DNA of 51,696 nucleotides. It comes from Vitrella brassicaformis CCMP3155. Its lineage: Eukaryota > Protista > Chromerida. The position numbers were made by a program, and so were the translations under genes. This document shows, piece after piece, positions 12,258 to 23,996 of this stretch; position 1 is the stretch's first letter, and each line of letters opens with the position of its first letter. A model generated the notes under the pieces. The model searched no databases and was not told where the DNA came from. It saw only the letters and a list, made by a program, of their open reading frames with translations. The DNA lies in contig CDMY01000561.1 of assembly GCA_001179505.1 (NCBI GenBank), forward strand, positions 1-51,696, written 5' to 3'.

Positions 12258-12483
12258 GGTGAACGACGCAGGGAGGGAAGATCAGGGAAGAGCACAACTC
12301 AGCAGCAGGCGTAATGCAGCCTTCCCAGCAACCAAAGCCGTGGAGGGTGTCGTTTGTTGTCTGCGGGCTCAAACGCAGCAGCGGTTTCAGGGAGCACCCT
12401 AGGCGGCTCAAACTTTCTCCCGAGGTTGGAAAAAGGAGAGAGTGGTGCAGCAGCATCGTGTTTGGGATAGCTTCGCTGGCACA

Positions 12484-14620
12484 ATGGATGCGATAAGGGC
12501 CCTCATCTCCCAGAAGAAGAAAGAAACAGCAGGTGCGTGAAATCACACGGGGAGCAGCTCGTGCCGCATCACTGTGCACATGTGTGTGAGTGTGCATCGT
12601 CATTCCTCAGACTTGAAGACGCAGGGGAAGCAGTGGATCTCGCAGGCCGACGTGAGGCGCCGTCGCGACGCGGAGAAGCAGCGCGAGAGGGAGGAGGAGG
12701 AGCGAAAGGAACGGGAGCGCACGGAGGAACGACTCAAGGTGGGAATGGACCAGCCAGCTCAGCAACAGGAACTCACCTGTCCAGATGGCTAACTCTGTCG
12801 GTACGGTGTGCCCTTGTGTGTCGTCCTTCATTCAGCGGTTCTCTGAGTATCTGGATCGCAAGAAGAAAGACGACGAGCATGAGGTGACCAGGCTCACACG
12901 ATTCTCGCGATGGCTGACGCATGGACGGCATCTTGTGTTTGTCAGGAGGAGGATGTGCTGTCGCGTCACGTTCACGAGCACAACGAAGGGGCCGCTGACG
13001 ACGGTAAGCCGAATAACGACAAGGGCGGGAGGCGTTCGTTCATCATCCATGGCCGTCTGTCTGTCTGTCCGTGGCATGTGGCCAGAGGGGGATCCCGGTA
13101 TGGATAAGTCAGAGGTGTTTTACCGACTGCGTAGGTTTGGCGAGCCCGTCACGCTCTTTGGAGAGACCGACATGAAGCGGTACCTATGGCAGCCAGCCGC
13201 AAAGAGAGCTGCCCCCACTCTGGGTGTCGTGTCAGTTGGAAGCGTCTGCATCGACTGGAGTTGGAGCGTCACGACGACGACCTGATGGGCGGACAGAGAC
13301 ACGCATACCTCTCACTAGAGTGAGCAACCACCTGTACAGCACACACTACCAATGACACTGGACGGTCGATCAATTATCTCTCCCCTCTGGCTGTCTGTCG
13401 GTCAGGAAGCGTGGCTTCTCGCGCGATGAGGATGACGAGGACGACCACGACGACCACCACAACACGTCACCTTCCAAGGCCAAAGACACCTCACCGGACA
13501 AATCCAAAGGTGCAACCACATTCATGCAGTCAGCTTCATGCCCGCTCTTCTCATGTCCGGGTGCGTGTGTGCAGGTGATGCGGCTGATGGCGATCGCAAG
13601 CGCAAGGCGGAGGGCGGCGACTCTGACAGCGATGAGGACAAGGACGGTGAGGGTGGGAGGAAGAGCAAGCGGCAGCGGGGCGAGGCGGCCGATCCCGGCA
13701 AGAAGGACAAGGAGGACGAAAACGCACCAGGATACAAGGAGGAAAAGTACGTACGTGTGTATGTGTGAATGGATGTGCTGCGTCCATCCATGCAGCACAT
13801 ATCGGTGTCGTGTGTGTGTGTGTGTGTGTGTGTGTCAGGCTTCGTCAGTGGATCAAGAAGATCCTGCGCGAGTGGGACAAGGAGCTCGTCCAGAGGTACA
13901 GGCAGCGGAGGCACATACGTGAGACGATGCGAAGTTGGCCGTTACTGGTCTGCAGGCCCGAGGAGGAGAAGAAGACGTCCGACGGCAAGATTGCCACGAT
14001 GCAGCACCGCGACACGCGACAGAATCTCAAGCCGCTCACCAAGAAGCTCAAACAAAGGGGGTACGCAAACCGCCAGCCATACCACAAACAGACAGGGCGG
14101 CAAGGCACTGCTTCCTCTGAGTGCACTTGTGTGTGGCAGGCTGGATCCCGATGTGTTGGAGAAGCTGTATGAGATCGCATGCCTGTGCGAGGAGCGCAAA
14201 TACGTGCAGGCTCACGACCTGTAACCCCACACACACGACGCACGTCGACTAGTGGGGGAAGACAGCCATATTCGTCCATCCATGGTGTCTGGGTTTGTGT
14301 GTGTGTCTCAGATACATTCAGCTGGCCATCGGCAATGCCGCCTGGCCCATGGGTGTGACTATGGTGGGCATCCACGAGCGCGCGGGGAGATCAAAGATCT
14401 TCACATCACAGGTGGGGTGGCCACACATGCACACACCGTGTCCTGAAGCCAGGGACCATGTCTGCCTGTCCTGTGTGTGTGTGTGTAGGTTGCGCACATT
14501 TTGAATGACGAGACGACTCGGAAGTACATCCAGATGGTGAAGCGGCTGATGAGCTTCTGCCAGCGCCATTTCCCCACCGACCCGTCCAACATGGTCCGCA
14601 TCGCCACCAACACCGTCTGA
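12484..14620 (+). CDS. PRP18: Pre-mRNA splicing factor 18, multi-exon
   Basis: [19 protein letters not shown] (PRP4-like motif), [57 protein letters not shown]; stop TGA at 14618-14620. Confidence 0.95.
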
Positions 14621-14982
14621 GTGAGCGGACGGAACAGCACCTAGCTAGGGGGAAAAGGGGAGGGTGGAACTGTTGGTGTGCGTGTGTGTGTGGTGTGTGT
14701 GTGGTGGACCGCTGGGTGGTTTGAGCAAGTGGTATATCATTTTTGCATGCGGATGTGACGGTGTGTGGTTTGCCTGTCTGACTCGCTTCGCTGTCTTGGG
14801 TTTCATCAGGTATACTGCATGCAATGCAATCACATGCTCTCCTCTCGACACCCGTACACACCATACATAGAGTTCGGTCACTCGATGGCCCACCCCAGCC
14901 ACCCAGCCACCCACGTACAAAACTCACAGCACACGCACTGCACTCCCTCGTCCATCCATCCATCCATGAAGACATCCATCCG

Positions 14983-15556
14983 TCACTGTGACACGTACTG
15001 CTCGCCCTCGATGCTTATGACCTGACTGCTGGACTGAATCACCACCTCCTCACCTGCACAGCCCTTCCCTGGGGCTATGTACTGACTGTGATAGCCCTCA
15101 GCCTGCCAGTTCTTGCACGTGCAGCCTGGTCGATGCTGACCAGCACAGTTCGTGGCGTCATGGAACTTGAGCTTGCCGAGGTCCACAATGAGCGTGAGGA
15201 CAACGGCTGGGCTGCCGGTCTTCCGGCTTCGCATCCTGGCGAACTTGGCGGCCTTGGTCATGTCGTTGGTCACATAGATACCGATTCCCAGCATGTGTCC
15301 CCCCTCGCCGCCACCAGCCGATGGGTTGAAGCCAACTGCATACACACACACACACACACACACAATCTCTTCCCGTGACTTGCATCATTTAAATGAACAT
15401 ACCTGCCCGAATCCTGTCTGCCGAGGCCTTGTCTGTCCCGTGCAGAACTCTCCGATGCTGAGACCTCCCCGTCCCATCACAGATCGTGCATCCGCGCGAC
15501 GAGCACCCGAAACACGAACCAGAGAAGGTGTCGGGGAGCTGATATGACATCACCAT
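14983..15556 (-). CDS. Small Gig2-like / PARP-fold mono-ADP-ribosyltransferase (168 aa, 2 exons) with N-terminal CxxC-CxxC motif
   Basis: Exon 1 15556-15403, intron 15402-15336, exon 2 15335-14983. Motifs LHGT..SA..I..GF.PS..MLG.GIYVT, VDLGK, W...GY.S, EEVVI. An in-frame stop precedes the ATG. Confidence 0.75.
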
Positions 15557-16035
15557 TGCTCAGAGAATGCACTGAGGCAGCGACAGACAGAGCAGGATGG
15601 AGAAGCTGATTGGGAAAATCGGTAGGAAAAGCGATCGGCGCAATTCCTGCGAGCTTTTGACTTCGCGACTCGTACGTCCATGAAATGACAGAAACACGAA
15701 AGGGCATAGTCGATTGGATCCACCGAATTCAGTAAGTAGCACATATGGAGACACGGCACAGTCCCTTGATGTGCCACAAATCATGGATACGGACGGTGAT
15801 AGCAATACTAAGCGCCTCAGCAGTGAGGACGCCCTCATGGCACATACTTACATCACACATACTTCATCATCCGGCACAGCCAATTCAATGCTGTTGACTT
15901 CTTCGCCTTCTTTCCGTATTTGCGTCACTGGCTGAAAGGTCATCGGATGGCTTGTCGACAATCGGCACCACCACCTGCTGCTCTGATCTGTCGTCACTCG
16001 TCAGTCGTCACGCTCGTCTCTTCTCCCCGACGGTG

Positions 16036-17199
16036 TCAGCGACACAGTATCGACCGTCTTTGTAGTGACACTTGTCGGCCCGGAACAGCCATCCCCTCAG
16101 CGTCGCTGAAGCGGTGGGGGTACCCAAGCCCGTCTCTGTGTCTCCTCACCCTGAGCAGGCACGGGATCCCTGAAACAGCAAAGACGGAGGGAGCGATTTC
16201 TTGGGGAAAGAAAAGTATCGTTTTTGTCTTGTGTCTCTCCTGCCTGATGGTTGGTTGAAGAGGCCCCATGTGGTGTACTGCTACGGCCTTCATCATGTAT
16301 CTCCAGGGCGCTTGAGACTTCTGGAGAGTGGATGGATTCAGGACAGGGGCTCCCAGGGGACCTAGCGGTCTGCATGGGGGCGGGGGTGGGGCCCGTCTGG
16401 CGACTGTCTGACCAGCTGAGCCCTTGACGTCTCCTGCCGGTGGAGGGAAGAAAGGTGCCTGATGACGCAAATGAAGAATCAGTCCGGTTTGTGAGACGAG
16501 ACAGCCCCCTTGGTCGATGGTCACCTTGGCTTGCACCTTTGCCTGCATCATCTGTGCATGTCGCAGCTGGGTAGGAGCCCAGCACTCAAAGTAGTGGTCC
16601 ATGGTCTCCTGCGACACCTGACGAAAGGAGACGCATGTGGACACAATGGCCGGATCCCTTGCAGGTGTCTCACTCACCTTGGATGTGTCGCTCTGCCGTA
16701 CATTATTACTGGGGACGGGAGGAGGGGCCTGAAAGATTTCTCCTGCACGAAAGAGGAAAACGAGCAGTGGTATGTTAGACGCACGGATGGGATGGGCGAG
16801 TGGAGAGCATGCACTGCCAGGAGCTTACGTACCCGCTGTTCCCATCATTGCCGCACTGAAGCGTGAGGTCGATGAAGGGCAGACAGACTGGACGGGGCCT
16901 ATCTCTTGCCGCTGGGGCTGGTCTGTCGCCTGGATCGCCCCGCCCCGCAAGGTCATCACGCCGCAGTGACCGGCGGGGCGAAGCCGTGTAAGCGCCGGGT
17001 TAAAGTTGTCAAGATAGTCGAGGCTCTCGTCATGAAAGAGGGAAGGTTGCGGCTGCGGGGGGTGTCGAGGAGTGTTGCTGAGAGAGCTCAAGACGGCCTC
17101 CAGCTCATCCTCTTGATGACGTCTTTGGCACGCGGAGAAGTTGCCCATGGCTCGGGGTGTCGAAGGGTGTCGACGATGACAACTTCTGACGATGAACAC
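16036..17199 (-). CDS. Hypothetical Pro-rich protein, at least 3 exons; start either 17199 or 17148 (MGNFSAC)
   Basis: Three segments join in frame through canonical GT-AG introns (..MMGTAG / EIFQAPPPVP..DTSK / VSQETMDHYFECW..). No family recognised. Confidence 0.45.
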
Positions 17200-17786
17200 A
17201 AGTGCTTAGCTGTCTACTGATGAGAAAAGGAGAAGTTCGAGACGTTTCCTTCTCAATTGCTGGGGGCCAGCCCCCGCGATCGCTGCATGCAGCTTCAATC
17301 GCCCGGCCTTAATCATTGTCAACCATGTTGCTGTGGCTGCTGGATCTCTCTCACTCAGACTGCCGTCCTTTAGCCTCCTCATCTCATCATACATGATACT
17401 GTGGGGATTGGGGATGGAAATCAATCCAATGGGTTCATGGGACACGTTGCGAATCGTTGCCTGTTGAGTGAATGCACTGCATGACTGAAGCGGGCCACCA
17501 CACACCCACGCAGGCCGCACCACGAACCAATGTGGTCACAATTGCTCGGCTGACAGGCAAGCATACATACCAGATCGTACATGTACATGAGCGGCAACAA
17601 CAAATACCAACTACTGCACGCAGACTACACAAATACCCCGACAGACGCAGCCAAACAAAGACAGACCATACAGAGCAGCAGTATCGATCCACATGAGCTG
17701 CAAACCCAACAAATATGAATGAATGCAGTGAGTGCACCTATGTCTCCGTCTACCGGCAGCAGAAATAATCGATATCTACCTACACA

Positions 17787-20700
17787 CTACGATGTCCCGC
17801 TCTCGTCGAAGACTATCGTATCGCTGTCATGAAGGTCCCACCACCTGCCTCCGTTCCGCAACGCAGTCGCAGTCATCCCACCAAACACATCCTCTCTCCC
17901 CCACAAGCGGTGCAGCAGACCTTCCTGCGTCCGGTCGTGTGGACACTCACGCGGCCCAGAGACCACCCCCTCCCTGTACATCCGCCCGCCGTCATGCACC
18001 TTCAAGTGGCACCTGCCATTGCCCTCATCGAATGAGAAGAACCGACAGCTGCTGTCTTGTGCGCAGAGGGCCTGGCACGATGCAGCGGAGTCGGCTTGCA
18101 GTGGGGGGGTGTTGGGCACGTCGAGGCGAGCCATGAAGACGTCGTGCTCGAAGCACTCTATCCTGACTGGCTGCTGGCCCAGGAATGTCATGGTTACATT
18201 CTCAGCTGACGCGCCATCGGCCTGCAGCATCCTCCCTGCGCCCATTCGGACAAAAGACACACACACACTTGTGGACTTGCCAGCATCTCCGTGTGGACGT
18301 GTCAGCATCTTTGGACGTACGCCTTACTGTTTGTATGTCCTAGTGGTGTTAAGAGGGTCCGCGAGGGTATGCCCTTCGACCCATCGTGAAGCAGTGGAAC
18401 CGCTCTGAAATAGCAGGTGGCCTCGTGTAGGCAGTGTGCCCGTTGCTGCATGGTTCCGTCGACCTTGAGCTTTTCCTCAAACTTGGTCTTGTTCAATGTG
18501 GCGAGGTGGTGCTTGGGTGGGCTCGACGGACCGCCGTACACCTCCCACCTCTTGACATTCGTCACCCCGTTCCTGCAAAGCACAGCAATCGAGTCTGTCT
18601 CCTTGGTGTGTCTGGCTGCATTCTCCCTACCAGCTGAAGTGGATTGTGGGCGCCTTCTCCCCATGCGGCCGTGCCACCATCAGCGGAGGGTCTTTGGACC
18701 TGCCCCACCAGGGCAGCTTGTGCGTCTGGAAGGCTCCATTCTGCTGAATGAACCGGAGCTCCAACACGACCTTGCCCTCTCGCGTCACCTCTGTATAGAA
18801 AGGGATGTTGACTTTGCCTGCGCCGCCCCAGTTGATGGCCGCATTGCCGTTGGGGAGTGCCTGCATACTCCCCATTGCAAAGCCATACGGACCTGACAGG
18901 ACGCAGAACACGGACAGGAAGCAGTCGACGTCTCTTGCACGTCGTCTGTCTGTCTGTCCACACTCACCTTTGTGTGACCGAATCTCCCTGGCGGTGTTGT
19001 TGTCTTCATCGACCTGGTAGACGACTGCCTGAGACCACCAAGTGTCCTGGATGAGCGGGGTGGTGGAGTGGTGGTTGTCGAACATGGTGAGGACGTTGCT
19101 GTCATCGATGCGTGTGTGGTGCTGGAACTTGAAGGGCGACACGCCCTTGCCCTTCTCGACCTCCATGGTGCTGAATGCAGGGCTGCGGTTGGCCCCGCCT
19201 AGCATCCACGCCACCTCGCCTCTCATGTCGATCTTCAGCACCTGCACACATGGCATGGCATAGGTATGGCATAGGTATGTGTGTGAGCCAGGCCAGGCGG
19301 CGGGCATATTATTCTGCCCACCGTAAGTGGTCTGAGTGAGAGCAGGATGCCCCCGTCCCGTGTGAATGACACCGAGTTGGGATGGGTGGTGTCGATGACG
19401 GAGTAGTCGGCCTTGCCCAGCAGCTGGTCCAGCTTGTACTTGCCCCTGATGAGCACCGGTATCGGCCACTGATCGATGGCACGCCACTCGAGCAGCACGT
19501 CGCCGTTCTTGTCGACCATTTGCGTCACGGCTGTGTCGACCATGAGCACCTTTGGCATGTTGGCTGCCTTGTCCTTGGTGAAGTGGTGCAGGTGAAATGT
19601 CTGCCTGTCGTAGATGATGAACAGGCGGGTGCCGTCCTCCCTGATGGCCACATCGTGCTGGTCAGCCATGTGCCTGTAAGACAGACATGATATGGCCAGA
19701 GAGATGAGATGCACACCCGCCACGGGTGTGTATATCGTGTGTGTGTGGCATTGGTCTGTTTGTGCTACCCGTGGGCGGCCTGGTGCCTCTCGATGGGGTG
19801 GTAATGGTGGTTCATCTCTATCCACTCACGGCTGGGTCGCTCACCGCCCATCACACGACTGACAAACAAACCTCATTGCAGCATCCCGCCTTGGCCCCTG
19901 CCTTCCCCCTCTCCCGCTCACCTGTCTTTCCTCTCGAGCTGGTCGAACAGCAGCATGTTGCCGCGCCCGCTGGTCCGAAACACACGCTGGCGCTTGTTGG
20001 AGGCGTACCTTCGCCAAAAGACCGGCTGGCCGTTGCTGTCGACGATCGTCAGGAAGGGCCGTTGGTAGTCTGGACGCATCGTGAACTGATCCACGAGGGA
20101 GAGCCACCATATCCTCCCCTTCTCGATTTTGTCTGGGTCGCCAGACGCCTGTGTGACCTCGAAGTGGGGGTAATCGCGCGGAAGGGTGGCGAAGTAGCGT
20201 GTGGGAAACCTCTTGAAATCATGGCCGTCTGCATCCGCCTGCGGCAATGGCCACTCTGACGGCTCCCTCGCGCCGTCGTCGTCCACTTTGGCGTCGCGGT
20301 CAGGATCACTGTCTTCCAGCTGTTCCGAGTCGAAGGGGTTCTCGTCGTCAGGCGTATCAATGAAGAAATCCCATTCTTCCGCCTCAAAGGGGCCGTAGTC
20401 CCACCGCTCGAGCATCGCCTGCCTGGATTGCTGCCACTGGCTGTTGCCTTTGTTGCTGGCCCACTCAACTCCCGCTTCCATCTCCACCTGCTGTTGCCCC
20501 CCTGTGGGCAAGTAGGCCTTCTGCGGCCTGTCGGTCACCACAAACGACCACGCCAGCCCTCTGTATGCCTTGCCGTCTTTGTCCACCACGCCAGGGGCCA
20601 TTTTGACGGTCACCTTCTCATCTGGATGGAACATCCGCTGTGGCCTGAACGTGATGGTTGAGCCGTCAGCTGCCACGTGCAGGTTGCCGCTGATGTCGCC

Positions 20701-21276
20701 GCTGCGCTCTCCCCTCACCCATAGACGGTCACGAATGGACGATGGCTCGACCTTGATGCCGTCCTTCAGCCGAACCGCGATGGTCGTTGCGGGTGACACG
20801 AAGAAAGCGAAAGGCCTCGGATGCACATACTGAAAGTCGCCGAGCCTCTCATGGCCCTTCTTCTTTGCAGTGACCATCATTTGGCCGTTGTCAGCAGCCG
20901 CTGTTGCGGCCGTGTCACTGAGGCCGAACTGGTCCCAGGATGACTCGCTGAAAGCCTTCGGTGTGACTTCAAGAAACTCGATTGGCTTGCCGTCGTCGTC
21001 AGTCAGGGCCTCCGTCTTTGCGCGACCACTCAGCTCGGCCTCAAGCAACGACAGATACGCATCTCGTTCTTTCTCCTCTTCTTCTGCAGGTGGCTCGTCG
21101 TCGAAAACATTGCTGAAGGCAGCCGTGGATGCGGAAGGGTCATCGTCCCTCGCACTTGCTCGAAGGTTGGCAAGCTGAGAGTCCTCACCTGTTTCTTGAC
21201 CTTTCACGTCGCTGAGGACTACTAGCAACACCTCGAGAAAGAACCCCAAAACAAACGCCTCTCTGTGTTTTCTCAT
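17787..21276 (-). CDS. Secreted arylsulfate sulfotransferase (ASST, PAPS-independent) with Ig-like (Big_5-type) N-domain and C-terminal PAN/Apple domain
   Basis: Signal peptide (AFVLGFFLEVLLVVLSDVKG); P..FFVSPATTIAVR..V.GERSG..G..TITFRP..F.PDEKVTV; QHDVAI, THPNSV, LLSLR, FQHHTR, MFDN, GSMQALPNGN..INWG, SWNGAT-like region; Apple motif CFEHD..SAASCQALCAQDSSCRFFSF..CHLK..VSGPREC. Confidence 0.85.
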
Positions 21277-21310
21277 GCCGGCTTACTTCGAGTAGTACTT
21301 CTATTTCGGA

Positions 21311-21338
21311 TAAACCCAACCCTGAAACCCGAACCCTG
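21311..21338. promoter_or_regulatory. Degenerate telomere-like (telobox-like) AAACCC/GAACCCT cluster in a divergent promoter
   Basis: taaaccc-aaccctg-aaaccc-gaaccctg, between the ASST ATG (21276) and the Gly-rich gene ATG (21545). A regulatory role is inference. Confidence 0.3.
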
Positions 21339-21544
21339 CACTCTGTGTCTTTTTCAGCTCGCACACCGAGAGCTGCCCTCTCTCATCTCTCCCCAGGCCT
21401 CTCTTGTCTTTCATACTCCCTCCATCGGTAAGCAAAAGCCTTAGGCGCGAACCTTTGCTTGACTAACGTGCTCCGTTCTGTCGTCAGAGTTGAGTCTGAC
21501 CACAGCGCATTCTGCTTCCTTTCTCCCAGATCTCGCTCAACACG

Positions 21545-21793
21545 ATGGGCTGTTGTTCCTCAGCTCTCGCCTCGGAGCCTGTCGAGTCGCGACCGAAGCA
21601 CAGGGGTCCCGGCTCTCATGACAGCGGCGCTTACCCGACCTACGGAGGGGGATGGTTCAACGCACCCGCATTCGGGGGGATGGGCGGTGATGGTGGTGGG
21701 TGGGGTGGAGGTGGCTATGGTGGTGGAGATTGTGGTGGTTTTGGAGGTGGGTGTGATGGAGGAGGCGGTGGGTGTGATGGCGGCGGCTGCTGA
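21545..21793 (+). CDS. 82-aa Gly-rich microprotein with MGCC dual-acylation motif
   Basis: MGCCSS N-terminus and GGGCDGGGGGCDGGGC tail. A probable 5'UTR intron at 21428-21529 (GTAAGC..TCTCCCAG) supports + strand transcription. Confidence 0.65.
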   Translation: MGCCSSALASEPVESRPKHRGPGSHDSGAYPTYGGGWFNAPAFGGMGGDGGGWGGGGYGGGDCGGFGGGCDGGGGGCDGGGC

Positions 21794-22571
21794 GCGGCTG
21801 TCGAACGATGCGTCTGTCCCTTATGACCTGCCTGCGTCCGGTAGCATGTGTGTTGTGACTTGTCGTCGTCCTTTTGTCTTTTCTCATGTTATGCCGTTTG
21901 TGTGCTTTTACCGTCAGTTTGTGTACACAGATGTGTCACTACAAGTCGCGTGTTGTATGTATCGCTCGTAGCAGTCAGTGTACCCTTGATTCGTCCTTTA
22001 TGTGGTATGTCGTCGTGTCGTTGATTCAGCCCTGGGATGTCTTAGAATGAGCAGTGCACTCAGACAGACAGACAGACAGTACAGCAGTCAGTGTAGTGGC
22101 CTGTCTGCCATCAGGGAGGAGAGTGGCTACCAGGGAGATAGATAGATGTCTGCATTTTCCTTCTGGTCATTTAGCATGGCAGAGAGGCATTTATTTGTCA
22201 AGACACCACACCACACCACACCACACAACACAACACATTCTCAACAATGCTCACACACACCAGTCAGTCTCATCCGCTGAGTTTGTCAACTCGTGCAGCT
22301 CTTGGATGTGCGAGTGTGTGCATATTCATGCAATGGAGAGATGGCCGGACGGATTGACCTGCAATTTACTCAACTGTGTATCTCGGTCTAGTTGCGTGGA
22401 TCCGTCTGAGGCAAGGCACGTCAGAGAGGCACTCACTGCCTCTGCAAAATAACGATCAGGCACACGAACATACAGCTGTGGACTGCTTCGCAGTCGCCTT
22501 GATAAGTCAACAGACGCCAGCACAGCACAGCACAGCAACCTTCGACAGTCAGTCAGACGAGACGGCCACAC

Positions 22572-23943
22572 TTACTCACTCACTGACTCGGGCACAACCT
22601 GCAGTACTTCAATCTCATCAGCCTCGAAGACGGTAGCGCCTCCGAGCAGCACGTCATCATCATAGTCTGTCTCGCCCTGGTATTCATCATCATCACACAA
22701 GAACTCCTTCTCCGGAAAAGCTTGCTGACAGCTCCTGATCCAGTCCGGCTCATTCCAGGTCTCTCGTGTTCCAATGCACAGGTAGTCGTGGCCCACTTTC
22801 AATGCGGAGCCGAGACTCTCGTCGCCTCTCCTGGCGACCACCACTTGCTGACGCCACTTGGGGATAGGAATCTTTCGTGCGGCAGGGTCGTCGAAATGCC
22901 CCGCCAGCGAGAAAAACCACACGTCAGTGTCGTATTTGTGGACGTCGTTGCCGTCTTCGGGCGCTCGAATGCCCGCCTCTATGTAGCAGCCGAATATGTA
23001 CTCGTTTCTCCGGACGAGCAGCACCACCGGCCCGGTGCTGTTTTCCATGATGTCGAAGAATGCGTCTTCGTCCCATTCTTCTTTTGTGCCTCTGAAAACG
23101 GGGCGTAGAGTCTTGTCCGGCCCAAGCCACTCCTCAAGCTGATCGAGCTGCTTTCGTCTCAAGGAACTGCCAAAGGTGGCCTACGTACGGAAGACAACGG
23201 TGCCGAAGTGAATGTCTCTCCCCCTCGCTTACCATTTTTTCTCTGAATTCCTTACGTAGCTCCTCTCGAATGTTCTCCTCCAGCTCGCGACGCAGCTGTG
23301 CACGGATCATAACCAAATACACTCGTGAATGAATGTGTGCAGTCACGCTGCAGTGTGCGTCGGGCTCACCTCTTCATGGTCCGTGGCAACGCTACCTCCC
23401 GCGTCAATCAGTGATGCGACGGTGCTCTCGCAGACGGTGCCCTTGATGTCAGACACGCTCCGGTTGAGGCCACAAATGGCGTTCTTGATGGTCTCGAGCT
23501 CATCGGTATGTTCTTCCAGTTGTGATGTTTGCTCGTCCAGTTGGGTGCCTCGCTCGTCGACTTGCAGAGCGTGACGGTCCAATTGGCCCACAATGTCGTC
23601 CAGCTGTACACATGCGACACATACACAGAACACACAAATACACATGCAAGTACATGCGACAGAGCTGGCTTGCCTTGTCGTCCTCCACAAGCGAAAGGAC
23701 GGACGAGTTGATGGAAAGCAGCAATTGCTTCTGCTCTTCCAGCTGGGTTTTGATCTCATTCATCACAGTGTCGCTGACGCTCCCCTGTCGTCTGAAGATG
23801 GCTCTCGTCTGCTGCGGATCTGCGCGAGACGTCAGCCCGTTGTGTCGACCTCCGAGAAGCATCGCGTGGCGATGTCGGATCAGCGAGGGAAGGATGAAGG
23901 CCGAACATGATTGGACAAGAAGCAAAAGACTGAGAGGGGCCAT
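22572..23943 (-). CDS. TLDc-domain protein with coiled-coil and signal/bipartite leader, about 4 exons
   Basis: LEEWLG..LRPVFRGT..W..AF..PVVLLV..YIFGCYI..WFFSL..FEADEIEVLQV; heptad-rich middle exons; N-terminus MAPLSLLLLVQSCSAFILPS. Confidence 0.8.
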
Positions 23944-23996
23944 CTTTGCGACAGTGCAATGAATTCCTGCCGACGACGATCCCCTATAGGCTCGCA

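Noticed and set aside
15714-15935. 73-aa Ser/Thr-rich ORF divergent from the ART gene
   Set aside because: No splice or motif support; could be UTR.
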